Source: an uncultured delta proteobacterium
GTDB taxonomy: Bacteria; Desulfobacterota; Binatia; UBA9968
Length of the DNA stretch: 64,000 nt
Assembly: GCA_963771465.1 (NCBI GenBank)
Contig: CAVYTU010000017.1
Coordinates: 384,001-448,000 of the forward strand
Direction: 5' to 3'
Part shown: positions 26,557 through 35,584 of the stretch, piece after piece
Layout of the letters: the number at the start of each line of letters is the position of its first letter
Position numbering within the stretch: the stretch's first letter is position 1
Notes under the pieces: model-generated
Seen by the model: the letters and a program-made list of their open reading frames with translations, nothing else
Databases searched by the model: none
Told to the model about the DNA's origin: nothing
Position numbers and translations under genes: made by a program

Positions 26557-26745
26557 ATGTACAGAATTTTGTGTGACCGAACGCCTGCGCGCGAACTCGG
26601 TTCGGGTCTAACTTGGTATAGGAAAGACGGTAAGGTCGTCGAATTCGCTACGACGGAAGAAGCCGGGGTGATGGTAAAGGAGTTAAGCGCAGGTCGCAGC
26701 GCGGCCACGGTGAAGTACACGGCGAAAGAATTCAACATCGAGTAA
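26557..26745 (+). CDS. Small hypothetical protein (62 aa)
   Basis: AGGAGG RBS 5 nt upstream; protein-like composition. Confidence 0.65.
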   Translation: MYRILCDRTPARELGSGLTWYRKDGKVVEFATTEEAGVMVKELSAGRSAATVKYTAKEFNIE

Positions 26746-27715
26746 GTTCGATTCAATTAAGCGCGGTCTGCTAGGAATTCCGGCAGCGTCGCAGAATGTC
26801 CTTAGCACGGATCTCTCATGTGCAGAGTTGGCGAATAGACCGTCGCTTGCCGAACATCGAGGCGATGAAGCCGGAGTCGTCGAGTTCCGTGCTTGAGCGA
26901 TCGAATTTCAGGATGGAGTTGATCCTAATTTCGCTACTAGCGCAGTATCAAAAGAAAGAATCGAGACTCGACGTTTGTGATTCGTGGATTACAAAAAGCT
27001 TGGATCAGTGTCACGACAGTATTGATTGTTATGCTTGATTCCGATCCCTAACCCCAATCCCGACCCTGGATTTCCAACTCGTTCTTAAAACGCTCATTGC
27101 TGAATTCTCACGTCTTAAAAGCCGCTGCGCCGAGCGGCGTTGCCGACAAAGCTTATCGGCAATTGAATCGGGAAGCCGATTCGTCGGTCCATTTCATTTC
27201 ATGTGGGCGGGATCGTCAAAAAAAGGCATCTAGATACCGGCGTCCGCCGGTATGACGGCCGAGTGCGAACACTCGTTTAGTCGCTATCACGATCTCTGCA
27301 ATCGGCATTCTTACCACCGAGTCACTGAGACGATGAAGTTTGAAGCCTCGATGGGGTCGATCGTTTCGCGCTGTGTTGGCCCAACGGCGAAAAATGCGCT
27401 ACTCGCGTTTTTGTCTTGCTCGGCTTGGTGAAATCGTGTTAAGCGGCATGTGCCCTAAGAGTATAAAATTGGGGCGCGGCTCTGAAGTGCGAAACTCCCG
27501 ATGTTTCAACTGATCAATGGATGTATAGAATGCGCTGAGTGCAGGCACGAGATTCGCCACGGCGACGAATTCAATTGCCAATCCTGCGGAGCGAGCATCT
27601 GCGACAGTTGTCTCTTTTATCATGAAGACGAATGCCTTTTGGGAAATTGGGGCGACAAGCATTTTCATTGACTAGGAAAAGGGTTTTAGCGTTTTCGGGC
27701 GCTGGCGCACGCTTT

Positions 27716-27866
27716 CTAAATTCGAAATCCGAATATCGAAATCCGAAACAATTTCAAATTTCCAAATATTCAAATCCAAAACTCAAGTCCGAATCGAGGT
27801 TGTTTGGAACATTTGGGCTTTTGTCATTCGATATTGTTTCGAGCTTTGGATTTCGAGCTTCGAACT
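27716..27866. repeat. Long imperfect inverted repeat with 7-bp-periodic arms
   Basis: ttcgaaa tccgaat atcgaaa tccgaaa caat... versus ...attg tttcgag ctttgga tttcgag cttcgaa. Confidence 0.75.
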
Positions 27867-27945
27867 TACGCGTTTATTAGCGTCTCTGCGGTGGAACCTT
27901 CCGACGTCGGACCGTCACGACCCACGCGCACGTACACGAGCCTCA

Positions 27946-28716
27946 CTATTTCATTGCCTCCTCATTCAGATCGAACTCCGCGATAACCGGCGCATGATCG
28001 CTGGTGCCGACCTCGCGATAGGCAGCGCACCGGGCGGCTTTCACCGCCAAGGGTTCGCTCGCCAGGATGTAATCGATGCGCCAGCCGATATTGCGCTCGC
28101 GCAACTTGCGCCAGGGCGCCCACCAGGTGAAAAGGTTATCGTTGTCCGGGTCGAGCGCGCGGCCGACATCGACGAGCCCGCGCGCCAGCAGGCGCTCGAA
28201 GATTTCTCTTTCCTCCGGCCGCTGTCCGACCACGCTGGGATTGCGCTCTTTGGGATGGACGTCGCGTTCGCTGCGCGCGATATTGATGTCGCCGCACAAA
28301 ACGATGCGCATGCCGCCGGCGTGAGCTTCGCCGATGAAAGCCTCCATCTGCCGCAAGAATTCCATCTTCGCAGGAAAGTCTTTGCCGCCGTTCGGCACAT
28401 ACACGGAGACGAAGAGCAGATCGCCCAGCTGCGCCGTCACGATACGGGTTTCGACGTCGAAAGCGGGATGGCTAAACACCGGCGCGTCGGCAAATGCGTC
28501 GCGCCGGATGTGGAGCCCCACCCCCGAGTAAGCGCGCTCACCGTGCCAGTAACAGCGATATCCCTGCAGCTCGCAGAGTGCCGCCGGCACCTGAGCCACG
28601 GTCGATTTGAGCTCCTGCAGGCAGACCACGTCCGGCCGCTCGCGCTCGATCCATTCAAGAACCTGAGCCTCGCGCGCACGGATCCCGTTAACGTTCCAGG
28701 TGGCGATTTTCAGCAT
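27946..28716 (-). CDS. xth: Exodeoxyribonuclease III
   Basis: IATWNVNGIR, CLQELK, YVPNG, GDINIA, GWRIDY, SDHAP. Confidence 0.95.
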   Translation of the reverse strand: MLKIATWNVNGIRAREAQVLEWIERERPDVVCLQELKSTVAQVPAALCELQGYRCYWHGERAYSGVGLHIRRDAFADAPVFSHPAFDVETRIVTAQLGDLLFVSVYVPNGGKDFPAKMEFLRQMEAFIGEAHAGGMRIVLCGDINIARSERDVHPKERNPSVVGQRPEEREIFERLLARGLVDVGRALDPDNDNLFTWWAPWRKLRERNIGWRIDYILASEPLAVKAARCAAYREVGTSDHAPVIAEFDLNEEAMK

Positions 28717-29079
28717 TTAAAAAATTATAGAAAGAGATCAGGCAATGTTCAAACCCGGTGGACTTCAAATGAAAGAGTCGGATGGTTCTCCGCTGAGCTT
28801 TGCATAGTACGCCTCCGTCTCCAAAGTGTCAGCGTGAAGTTGCAGATAAACCTGCTACCGCTCGTCCCAACTCAGCTGTGACTACCTTATCCGTCGCAAC
28901 GACCCATCAGCACTTAAAAAGAAAATCCTGAATCGTGGTTGGTTGGGGGCCTGAGTGTTTCAATGCAAGCACAAAATCTCGCAAAAAGTCTGAGTCGGCG
29001 AAGGTTGTGAACTTTAATCTCATATTTCGGTAAATCAACTCAACCAGGCAAGTTGTCGTGATTCCCGAGCCGCTGGGGT

Positions 29080-29149
29080 AGCCCTGCAGAGTATGAACGG
29101 TCCGCAGCTGTTGCTTAATTTACCTGTCCCTGAAATCGGGGCTAGCCCA
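29080..29149 (+). mobile_element. IS3-family right-end remnant
   Basis: agc cct gca gag tat gaa ... taa = SPAEYERSAAVA*, typical of an IS3 integrase C-terminus, then ctgtccctgaaatcggggctagccCA, an IS3-like IRR ending in CA at 29149. Confidence 0.65.
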
Positions 29150-29827
29150 CTCCGACCCGACTCCGTCGTAGCTGACCCGTAGAGAACCACCACTCTTTTT
29201 TCAACCAATCACTTTTAAAGTCCGTCAGCAAAGAGGAAAGTTTCGATGCGATCTCGCGCCGGATGTCGTTGGCTCGCTGCCGTCTCAGCTCTGCGGTGCT
29301 TGGCTGTTGGATAGGTTTTTCATTGCTGCCGGAGGATTCATGATCTGCCAATAGGTCCAGGACGAAGGCAGTATTGATTCCAGTCCATCCGTAATCTTCG
29401 TTGGTACCCGTCGTGTAACCACGTTCATAAAACTGCAGCGATTGCTCCAAATAACGCTCTTGCCCGGAAAGTTCCCACTTGCGTTTGTAGATGGCACCGG
29501 CCAATCCCAAGGTCTCGCGATCCGTTGTTCGATCGAGGTCAACTTCCCTGAGTATTTGCAGCGCTGTATCTAATTTCTCCTCGGAGAGTAAATCGGGATC
29601 CTTGTAGGTACACAGAGCACGTTGTTGGGCAATTTTGACACGGAGGTTCGTGTCGCCTCGAACCGCAGAATCGGTACCATACTTGTCAAGCAGCTTCCGT
29701 CCAAGGCCAAACGCACGCTCTCTCTTTAGCGTTCCCACAAGGTCAATGACCTCGGACGGGTCACTTGTCGCCCCCGAAGAATGTCTTTACCCATTTTTAC
29801 AGCGTTACTCGCTTCGGTTTGCGCCAT
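29142..29827 (-). pseudogene. TPR (TRAF-binding/DUF4071/TPR-S-like) gene, frameshifted and C-terminally truncated
   Basis: ALCTYKDPDL, ETLGLAGAIYKRKWE, WTGINTAF. The N-terminus MAQTEASNAVKMGKDILRG (ATG 29827) joins ATSDPSEVIDLV if one G is added in the G5 run at 29771-29775. The frame loses protein-like character after EWWF and runs into the IS end. Confidence 0.7.
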
Positions 29828-30003
29828 ATAGTCTTTTGATCAGCCGGTCATATCATTCCATCCGGAATGGGTAGAGTTTGCCACGGCAAATCCATTTAAC
29901 GGGTGCCCACATTTCTTGTTCTGTGCATCTGCGTTTCTGTTTAAAGCGACACAAGATATTCATGGCCGAAATTACGACTGCGATGAGAAAGCCCCATTCG
30001 GCC

Positions 30004-31065
30004 TCAATTTATTTTGACCCCTCTCTCGATCAAAGCTCTAACCATCACGGCAGCCCCGCATTGTTGTGAGATCACCTGCGGATCGAAGTGGCCATCGGCC
30101 ACATACTTTCCTTTTTCGTAATGATTCGAAAAACTCCACAAATAGGGAGTGGATAAGCGCATGTTTCGATAACCGAACCCATTAAACTTCTCAAACAAGT
30201 AAAGTATGTGCGGTATAGACCAGTCAGTTACGTTTGCCAGGCCATCCAGTTTTAACGCGTCAACGGCACTTGCTTCCCATGGGAATGGTGGTGTGCCGTT
30301 CCGCGGGTGACCAGCAGGGACATGACTTGTCTGCCTCGTTAGCGGATCGCCGTTGTGCAAATGACACGCGAAGTTAAAGCCGCATTCCATGGCATGAATG
30401 ATGCCGACCACTGCCCAAGGAACATTATTCACCGTGGATCCGACTGACTGATAACGGCTCTGGTTTTTAAGTAATTGATTAACATGCCAGTCGACCTTGC
30501 TTTGTTGATCCGCTTTGATGACCAGTGTTCCGAAAAACCGTTCGTATTCCACACGCAGAACAGCAAAGTCTTTACTGGGATCTATCGTCAAACCGTTCGC
30601 TGGCATTCGATGTGTTGATGGGGAACTGGGTGGTACTGGTGAGGCGGGCGTTGGTTGGGATGGTCTCGAGGAAGGAGCGGTCGTCGTACTCGAAGTGGAT
30701 CCGGGCGATGCTGGCGACGGTGCACCTGGTGGTTCAATCGCCCGAGGTGAAGGTTCTGAAAGCTCTCCGTTCCGGAGCAGCTGATTGGTGCGAGTGATTA
30801 CTCCTTCGATCGCTTTGACGAAGTCATCAAAAGGACCCAGGCGTGCACTGTTTACGACTCGCTCGAGAGAAATAGTGGCGCTTTGAATGGCGTTCGCTGC
30901 ATCTTGTAAGTCATCTTGATTAAGCCGCGCTCGAATATTGTTGAGTTGGTTGATGGCTTCAGTAATCGTAGCTTGTTCTGAAGCGTCCGTGGTCTGGCTG
31001 AATCGATCGGTCAAAACGTTCAAAGCTTCAGTGAGTTTTCCCCGCGCTTCATTCTTGATTCCCAT
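30004..31065 (-). CDS. Lysozyme-family protein with N-terminal helical domain and P/S/T linker
   Basis: VPWAVVGIIHAME (putative catalytic Glu), HLHNGDPL, WEASAVDAL, EKFNGFGY, PYLWSFSNHY, GKYVADG; no signal peptide. Confidence 0.8.
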   Translation of the reverse strand: MGIKNEARGKLTEALNVLTDRFSQTTDASEQATITEAINQLNNIRARLNQDDLQDAANAIQSATISLERVVNSARLGPFDDFVKAIEGVITRTNQLLRNGELSEPSPRAIEPPGAPSPASPGSTSSTTTAPSSRPSQPTPASPVPPSSPSTHRMPANGLTIDPSKDFAVLRVEYERFFGTLVIKADQQSKVDWHVNQLLKNQSRYQSVGSTVNNVPWAVVGIIHAMECGFNFACHLHNGDPLTRQTSHVPAGHPRNGTPPFPWEASAVDALKLDGLANVTDWSIPHILYLFEKFNGFGYRNMRLSTPYLWSFSNHYEKGKYVADGHFDPQVISQQCGAAVMVRALIERGVKIN

Positions 31066-31128
31066 TTCTTGACCCTCCTGCTATTGCTTCCCAATATCGT
31101 TGGAGTTGCGCTGCAGAATAATCTGACA

Positions 31129-32085
31129 TTAAGCACCCGACCCACGCAGGGTCGAGTAGACCCTTCTCCATGCATCGGCATGCACTGCCAAACGAGCGGA
31201 TTTTTCGGCTACAAAGGCAACGGATGCCGTGTTTTTGGGTTGCCGTACCGCTGTTACTAGCTCGTCAAACGTATTTTGTAACTCCCCGAGCAGGACAACG
31301 TAGTTAGACACAACGATGCGGTAAGTTGATATACGATCCAAATGGTTTTTAGCAATTACCGGATTCTTCAAAGCGTCGGTACTGGTTACTCCTTTTACAG
31401 ATTGAAAGATTAGGGTGTTAAAAACTGCTGGAGCCCCATCTCGCAAGCTCATTACTAACTTTGTCACATGGGGAGCACCCGCTAGGACGAGGCGATTCAT
31501 TTCCTCGATATTCTTACGCTGAGCAGCGTCTCTAATGATCGGATCGAGTGCAGCGAGTGCTCCCGAAAATCCTGCGCCGCCTCCCGGTCCTGCCCCCATA
31601 GCAATCAGTGCTGCTATGTTTCCGCCAAGATTTTGAATCTGCGCTGAGGTCTCGTCGAGATTGCGACCTTCGGCGAGAGTTAATAGTACTTCGGAGTAAC
31701 GGCCAATCAATCGAATACCATCACGAATCCGTCGCGTTGTGGGTGGATCGCCGATTTCCGAATAATAAGATGCATCGTTAGTACAGTAGCCATCGATGAA
31801 GCCGACTTTGGCCCACAGTATACCGCTACATTCCCCAAGGAATGCACTGTCTTTGGCGTTTGCTTCGGCGACATTCTGACCCTGTCGCCTTTCAGCGATG
31901 GCTAGGTCATCAAATAACGGCTGACTGGCCTCGTTGAAGGTGATAAAGGCGCTGTTAAATAGCCTGACTTCCTGAACTGGCGCTACGGCGCAGCTGGTCA
32001 GTATTGTTAAAGTGAGCGGCAGCACAAGTGCGAGACCGCTTTTATTGCTCCCTTGAGCTGACTTTCCCCGGCGTTGGACTCTCAT
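31129..32085 (-). CDS. All-alpha lipoprotein of unknown function
   Basis: Basic N-region, hydrophobic stretch, lipobox LTSC; long amphipathic helices; GGGAG upstream. Confidence 0.75.
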   Translation of the reverse strand: MRVQRRGKSAQGSNKSGLALVLPLTLTILTSCAVAPVQEVRLFNSAFITFNEASQPLFDDLAIAERRQGQNVAEANAKDSAFLGECSGILWAKVGFIDGYCTNDASYYSEIGDPPTTRRIRDGIRLIGRYSEVLLTLAEGRNLDETSAQIQNLGGNIAALIAMGAGPGGGAGFSGALAALDPIIRDAAQRKNIEEMNRLVLAGAPHVTKLVMSLRDGAPAVFNTLIFQSVKGVTSTDALKNPVIAKNHLDRISTYRIVVSNYVVLLGELQNTFDELVTAVRQPKNTASVAFVAEKSARLAVHADAWRRVYSTLRGSGA

Positions 32086-32394
32086 AACGATCTCCCATCG
32101 TGCGTCAGTGCGAATTGATATTTTATCCCAGCAATACTAATACCAGACACCATTGGTGTCCGAATCGCTATTCAACGCTTGAAATTACAGTCTTAAATTA
32201 GCGGTAGGTTGCTCAATGTAGTCGGGATATCGTTTAACCCGGCAACCAGCGTTTACGCCAAGTGTAAACAAAGTTATCGCGCGACTTCTCTTCATCAGTC
32301 TCGATCGCCATCCTTCGGACATTTCACGAACCCCTACCATCATCTCATTTGCTTCATAGCGTTTGCCCAAGTGGCTGTCCAATAAATAATATTT

Positions 32395-32408
32395 ATGACG
32401 ACCGTCAT
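32395..32408. promoter_or_regulatory. Possible operator palindrome in divergent intergenic region
   Basis: ATGACG-AC-CGTCAT next to an AT-rich tract, between the lipoprotein gene and LysR. Confidence 0.3.
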
Positions 32409-32545
32409 TCGAAATTTTTAGGATGGTTGACGGCTGAAGCTTCTCTCAACTAGATTCCGACGCTGGATTCGGGTGTGGCGTGGTCTTTGCTTGTTACAGT
32501 GCAGATTATCTGAGAATAGGAACGTTCATAGTTTGGAGGGAGCCG

Positions 32546-33517
32546 ATGACCTTACAGCAGTTCAGAATTTTTTCGGCGATTGCGAAGTTTGGCAATCTAA
32601 CTAAGGCTGCGCTTGTACTGCGCACGAGCCAACCGGCTATCTCGCATCATATGAAACTTCTCAAGGATGGTTATGGCGAGATACTCTATATTCGCACGCC
32701 TTTTGGGGTCGTGCTCACGCCGGCGGGCGAAGGATTGCTCGCTAAGATCGAGCCGATTCTAGAATTGGTCGGGAAGTTAAAGTCCAGCGCCGCACTGACT
32801 ATGTTGCGCACGGCCGACCGCGATGTGTTGCGCGTCGGTGGTGTTGAGAGCGCTTCGACTCATTTACTGCCCGCTGCCTTGGCGCAATTCCGCGCGCGCC
32901 ATCCCATTGTCGCCCTTGAGTTTCGCACCCGCACTTCGGATCTTCTCGAACGCATGGTCCTCAATACTTCGATGGATATAGCCGTAACTGCGCGCCAGTC
33001 GATCTCCCTGGATTTGCAATGCGAACCCTTGCGTCGTGAGAGAGTCGCGCTGTTTGTGCCGACTCGTCATAGGCTGGCGAATAGCAAAACTTTGCAGCTA
33101 CACGACGTGCTCGCCGAGCCGCTGATTCTGCGCGGCGGCCGAGGTGGCGGTGGTGTAACCGATCGCGCGTTGAATCAATTGCGAGACCGCGGTGTAGAAA
33201 TTCGCGTCGGCATGTACTGTGACGGACCGGCGGCGATCAAAGCGGCGGTGGCTCAAGGCATGGGCGTCGGCATGGTATTTGAGGAATCGCTCAAGGCCGA
33301 GGCTGCGGCTGGCAAGTTCAAAATTCTTAGAGTGCGTGGTCTGGAGCTAGAGGGGCATAGCTACATCGTTTATTCGAAGAGTCGACCGCTGTTGCCTTTG
33401 GCGCAGGAGTTTCTTGAAATATTGCGCGAGGAACGTGATGGCGTCGCTTTTAACGGCCGTTCAAAACGTTCAAATCGTTCAATCAGCGCTCGGTTCAAGC
33501 CGTATGAGATCCCCTGA
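32546..33517 (+). CDS. LysR family transcriptional regulator
   Basis: MTLQQFRIF...NLTKAA...SQPAISHHMK HTH; AIKAAVAQGMGVG; start ATG 32546 after GGAGGGAG. Confidence 0.92.
   Translation: MTLQQFRIFSAIAKFGNLTKAALVLRTSQPAISHHMKLLKDGYGEILYIRTPFGVVLTPAGEGLLAKIEPILELVGKLKSSAALTMLRTADRDVLRVGGVESASTHLLPAALAQFRARHPIVALEFRTRTSDLLERMVLNTSMDIAVTARQSISLDLQCEPLRRERVALFVPTRHRLANSKTLQLHDVLAEPLILRGGRGGGGVTDRALNQLRDRGVEIRVGMYCDGPAAIKAAVAQGMGVGMVFEESLKAEAAAGKFKILRVRGLELEGHSYIVYSKSRPLLPLAQEFLEILREERDGVAFNGRSKRSNRSISARFKPYEIP
33459..33501 (+). repeat. 9-bp-period micro-array inside the LysR 3' end
   Basis: gttcaaaac gttcaaatc gttcaatca gcgctcg gttcaagcc. Confidence 0.75.
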
Positions 33518-33734
33518 CTTAGTCACGGAGAGCAGTAATCCGAATGGTAAATTGGTCCCAGCCGCCACGCTGGATGGTTCCAAGATCTTTAGCGTTGGTA
33601 GCAAGCAAAAAAGCACCGATTCTCTTCGCGGCTAACGCCAGGCGAGTCGGATAAAAACATTCGACGTGGCGCCTTTAAACAAATCAGCACCGAGGGTTGA
33701 TACCGCGCAGCTTGTTGGGGGGTAGTTCGATCCT

Positions 33735-35507
33735 TTATCTTCGCCGCCGCTGCGGTTTCACCCATGGGATCGCTTTGCCGAGTATTGTGCCCGGCCCGAC
33801 GAGGCTGGGCGTTTGTTTGTAACCCAAGGCTTTCAACCTATCCGTTGTCAGTTTCGTCAGCGCGCGGAAATTTGAGTTCTTGCCGCGCGTTCGGCCTTCG
33901 CGAAGAACTTTCGCCAGACTAAATGTAAACGCGCCATAGGAGTTAGCGCCGTCGCGGTACTCGTAGGAAAGCTCCTGCTCCTGGCATGCTTCGAAAATGA
34001 TCGGTAGATAGGCGCCCTTGTGGCGCAATGCTTTGCGCTGATTATCGTAGCGACGGTTGGGAAGACCTCGCAGTACGACGCCGCGACCGAGACGGTATGT
34101 GACGCCGTTGCGGCCCAAGTAGGCTTTGCCGATTGCAGACTGCTCCAACGATTGGTTGGGGGATTGAAGATCTCGGTCCTCCCACATGCCGAGCTCGATG
34201 TTCCAGCGCAAAGCGCGATGGCGAATATCGTCGGGCGGATTGATGCCGCGGGCGCGTGGACCGCCATCGCGCGTCATGCCGCCGGAGTGGCAACAATCGA
34301 AGATGGCGGCAAAACGGGCGTCATAGGGCAACTGGCTGTAGAAGGCGACAAACTGATTATCGATGATCGCGTGTTCTGGGCTCCAGTCGAAATCGTACGG
34401 CACCAGGCACTCGTCCATGCGGTCGACTTCTTCTTTGGCCCCATAGGCCGGAATCTGCGCGCCGTGCCCTGAAAAGAAAAACACGCGCTCGTCGCCGGCG
34501 CGCACGTCGTCGAGCAGCCAGTGCAGGCGCTCCAAGATATTCGCGGCTGTGGCACGATCATTCAGCAATACGCGAATATCCTCCGGCGGGAAGTTGCATT
34601 CCTGGAGCACCGAGCTCATCAGAAAAGTATCGTTGACGCAGCCCTCTAAACGAATTGCCGGGTTGGGGTAATCGTTGATGCCGACAAGCAGAGCACGGCG
34701 GTTGGCCGGCGCGGCGCTTGCTCGGGCCAAACGCATATCGCGACGAGTCAATGAGCGCGCCGGCCGCGCCGCGGCAATATCGAACCAGGCGCGCGCCTGA
34801 GTATTGGCGTGATTGAAATAATAAATCGGATCGTGATTGAGGATGTCGTTGGGTTTGTCGAACCGGGTATCGATCTGGGCAAACCTGACGTCGTTGAGTC
34901 TCAGTTTGGCCGTGAATACGCCGTCGTCGTCGTTGTACAAGTGATACCACATGCGCGCGTCGAGGGGCTCGATGCGGCCGGCGAAGCAATCGCGGACGAA
35001 GGGATTGGCTATTTGCGAGCCAAAAGTGAGCAGCGTCTTGTTGCCAAGCGCGCCCGGGTTTTGCCGAAAGGTGTCGTAGGAAAGCAGCGAACCCAGACTA
35101 TGCGCCGCGATCACGTGATAGTGCTTTTTCCCCATCATACCGAGCAGGCGGGTGCGCAGGGCGGCGCGCAGATTATCCTCTGAAGCCCATTGGGCAATCA
35201 TGCCGGCAGTCCAGCGAATCTGTTCGGGAAGATCGAAAATACCGCGGCTGGCGGGGATGAAATCGCCGATGCCGTGCGTCACGCCGCTGGCGAGAAGTTT
35301 AGCGAGGGCTTTGCCGTACGTCGCCGGGTTCCGTGGCGCGTGATCGAACAGATCATCGTATTTTAGAAAGTCACAGATGACTTCAGCGTGAGCATTCCAC
35401 CGTTTGAGGTTTTTTGTAATCGCGTCAGTCCAAGACGGCATAAGGGCCGGATCGACGTCACCGTGGCCGACGCCATGGACGCACAGGACACTAATTTGAC
35501 TTGGCAT
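33735..35507 (-). CDS. Alpha/beta-hydrolase - metacaspase (peptidase C14) fusion protein
   Basis: N-terminal VHGVG, AHSLGS, LTFGS, C-proximal Asp/His; C-terminal ALLVGINDY, GCVND, FSGHG (His), DCCHSG (Cys), GAFT; GGAGG RBS. Confidence 0.88.
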   Translation of the reverse strand: MPSQISVLCVHGVGHGDVDPALMPSWTDAITKNLKRWNAHAEVICDFLKYDDLFDHAPRNPATYGKALAKLLASGVTHGIGDFIPASRGIFDLPEQIRWTAGMIAQWASEDNLRAALRTRLLGMMGKKHYHVIAAHSLGSLLSYDTFRQNPGALGNKTLLTFGSQIANPFVRDCFAGRIEPLDARMWYHLYNDDDGVFTAKLRLNDVRFAQIDTRFDKPNDILNHDPIYYFNHANTQARAWFDIAAARPARSLTRRDMRLARASAAPANRRALLVGINDYPNPAIRLEGCVNDTFLMSSVLQECNFPPEDIRVLLNDRATAANILERLHWLLDDVRAGDERVFFFSGHGAQIPAYGAKEEVDRMDECLVPYDFDWSPEHAIIDNQFVAFYSQLPYDARFAAIFDCCHSGGMTRDGGPRARGINPPDDIRHRALRWNIELGMWEDRDLQSPNQSLEQSAIGKAYLGRNGVTYRLGRGVVLRGLPNRRYDNQRKALRHKGAYLPIIFEACQEQELSYEYRDGANSYGAFTFSLAKVLREGRTRGKNSNFRALTKLTTDRLKALGYKQTPSLVGPGTILGKAIPWVKPQRRRR

Positions 35508-35584
35508 ACTTTTTCACCTCCAACGGACGCAGCCCATCGACATCGTCCGATATAAATCACGCTCGGAGTTAAATGGTCGGTGTC

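Noticed and set aside
28730-28910. Short protein-like minus-strand frame (SQLSWDER*QVYLQLH) as TAG recoding
   Set aside because: Multiple stops, no start or RBS, no recognisable family.
31129-32085. Lipoprotein as a bacterial gasdermin substrate of the caspases
   Set aside because: It has a Sec/lipobox leader and an all-helical pattern; gasdermins are cytoplasmic and beta-rich.
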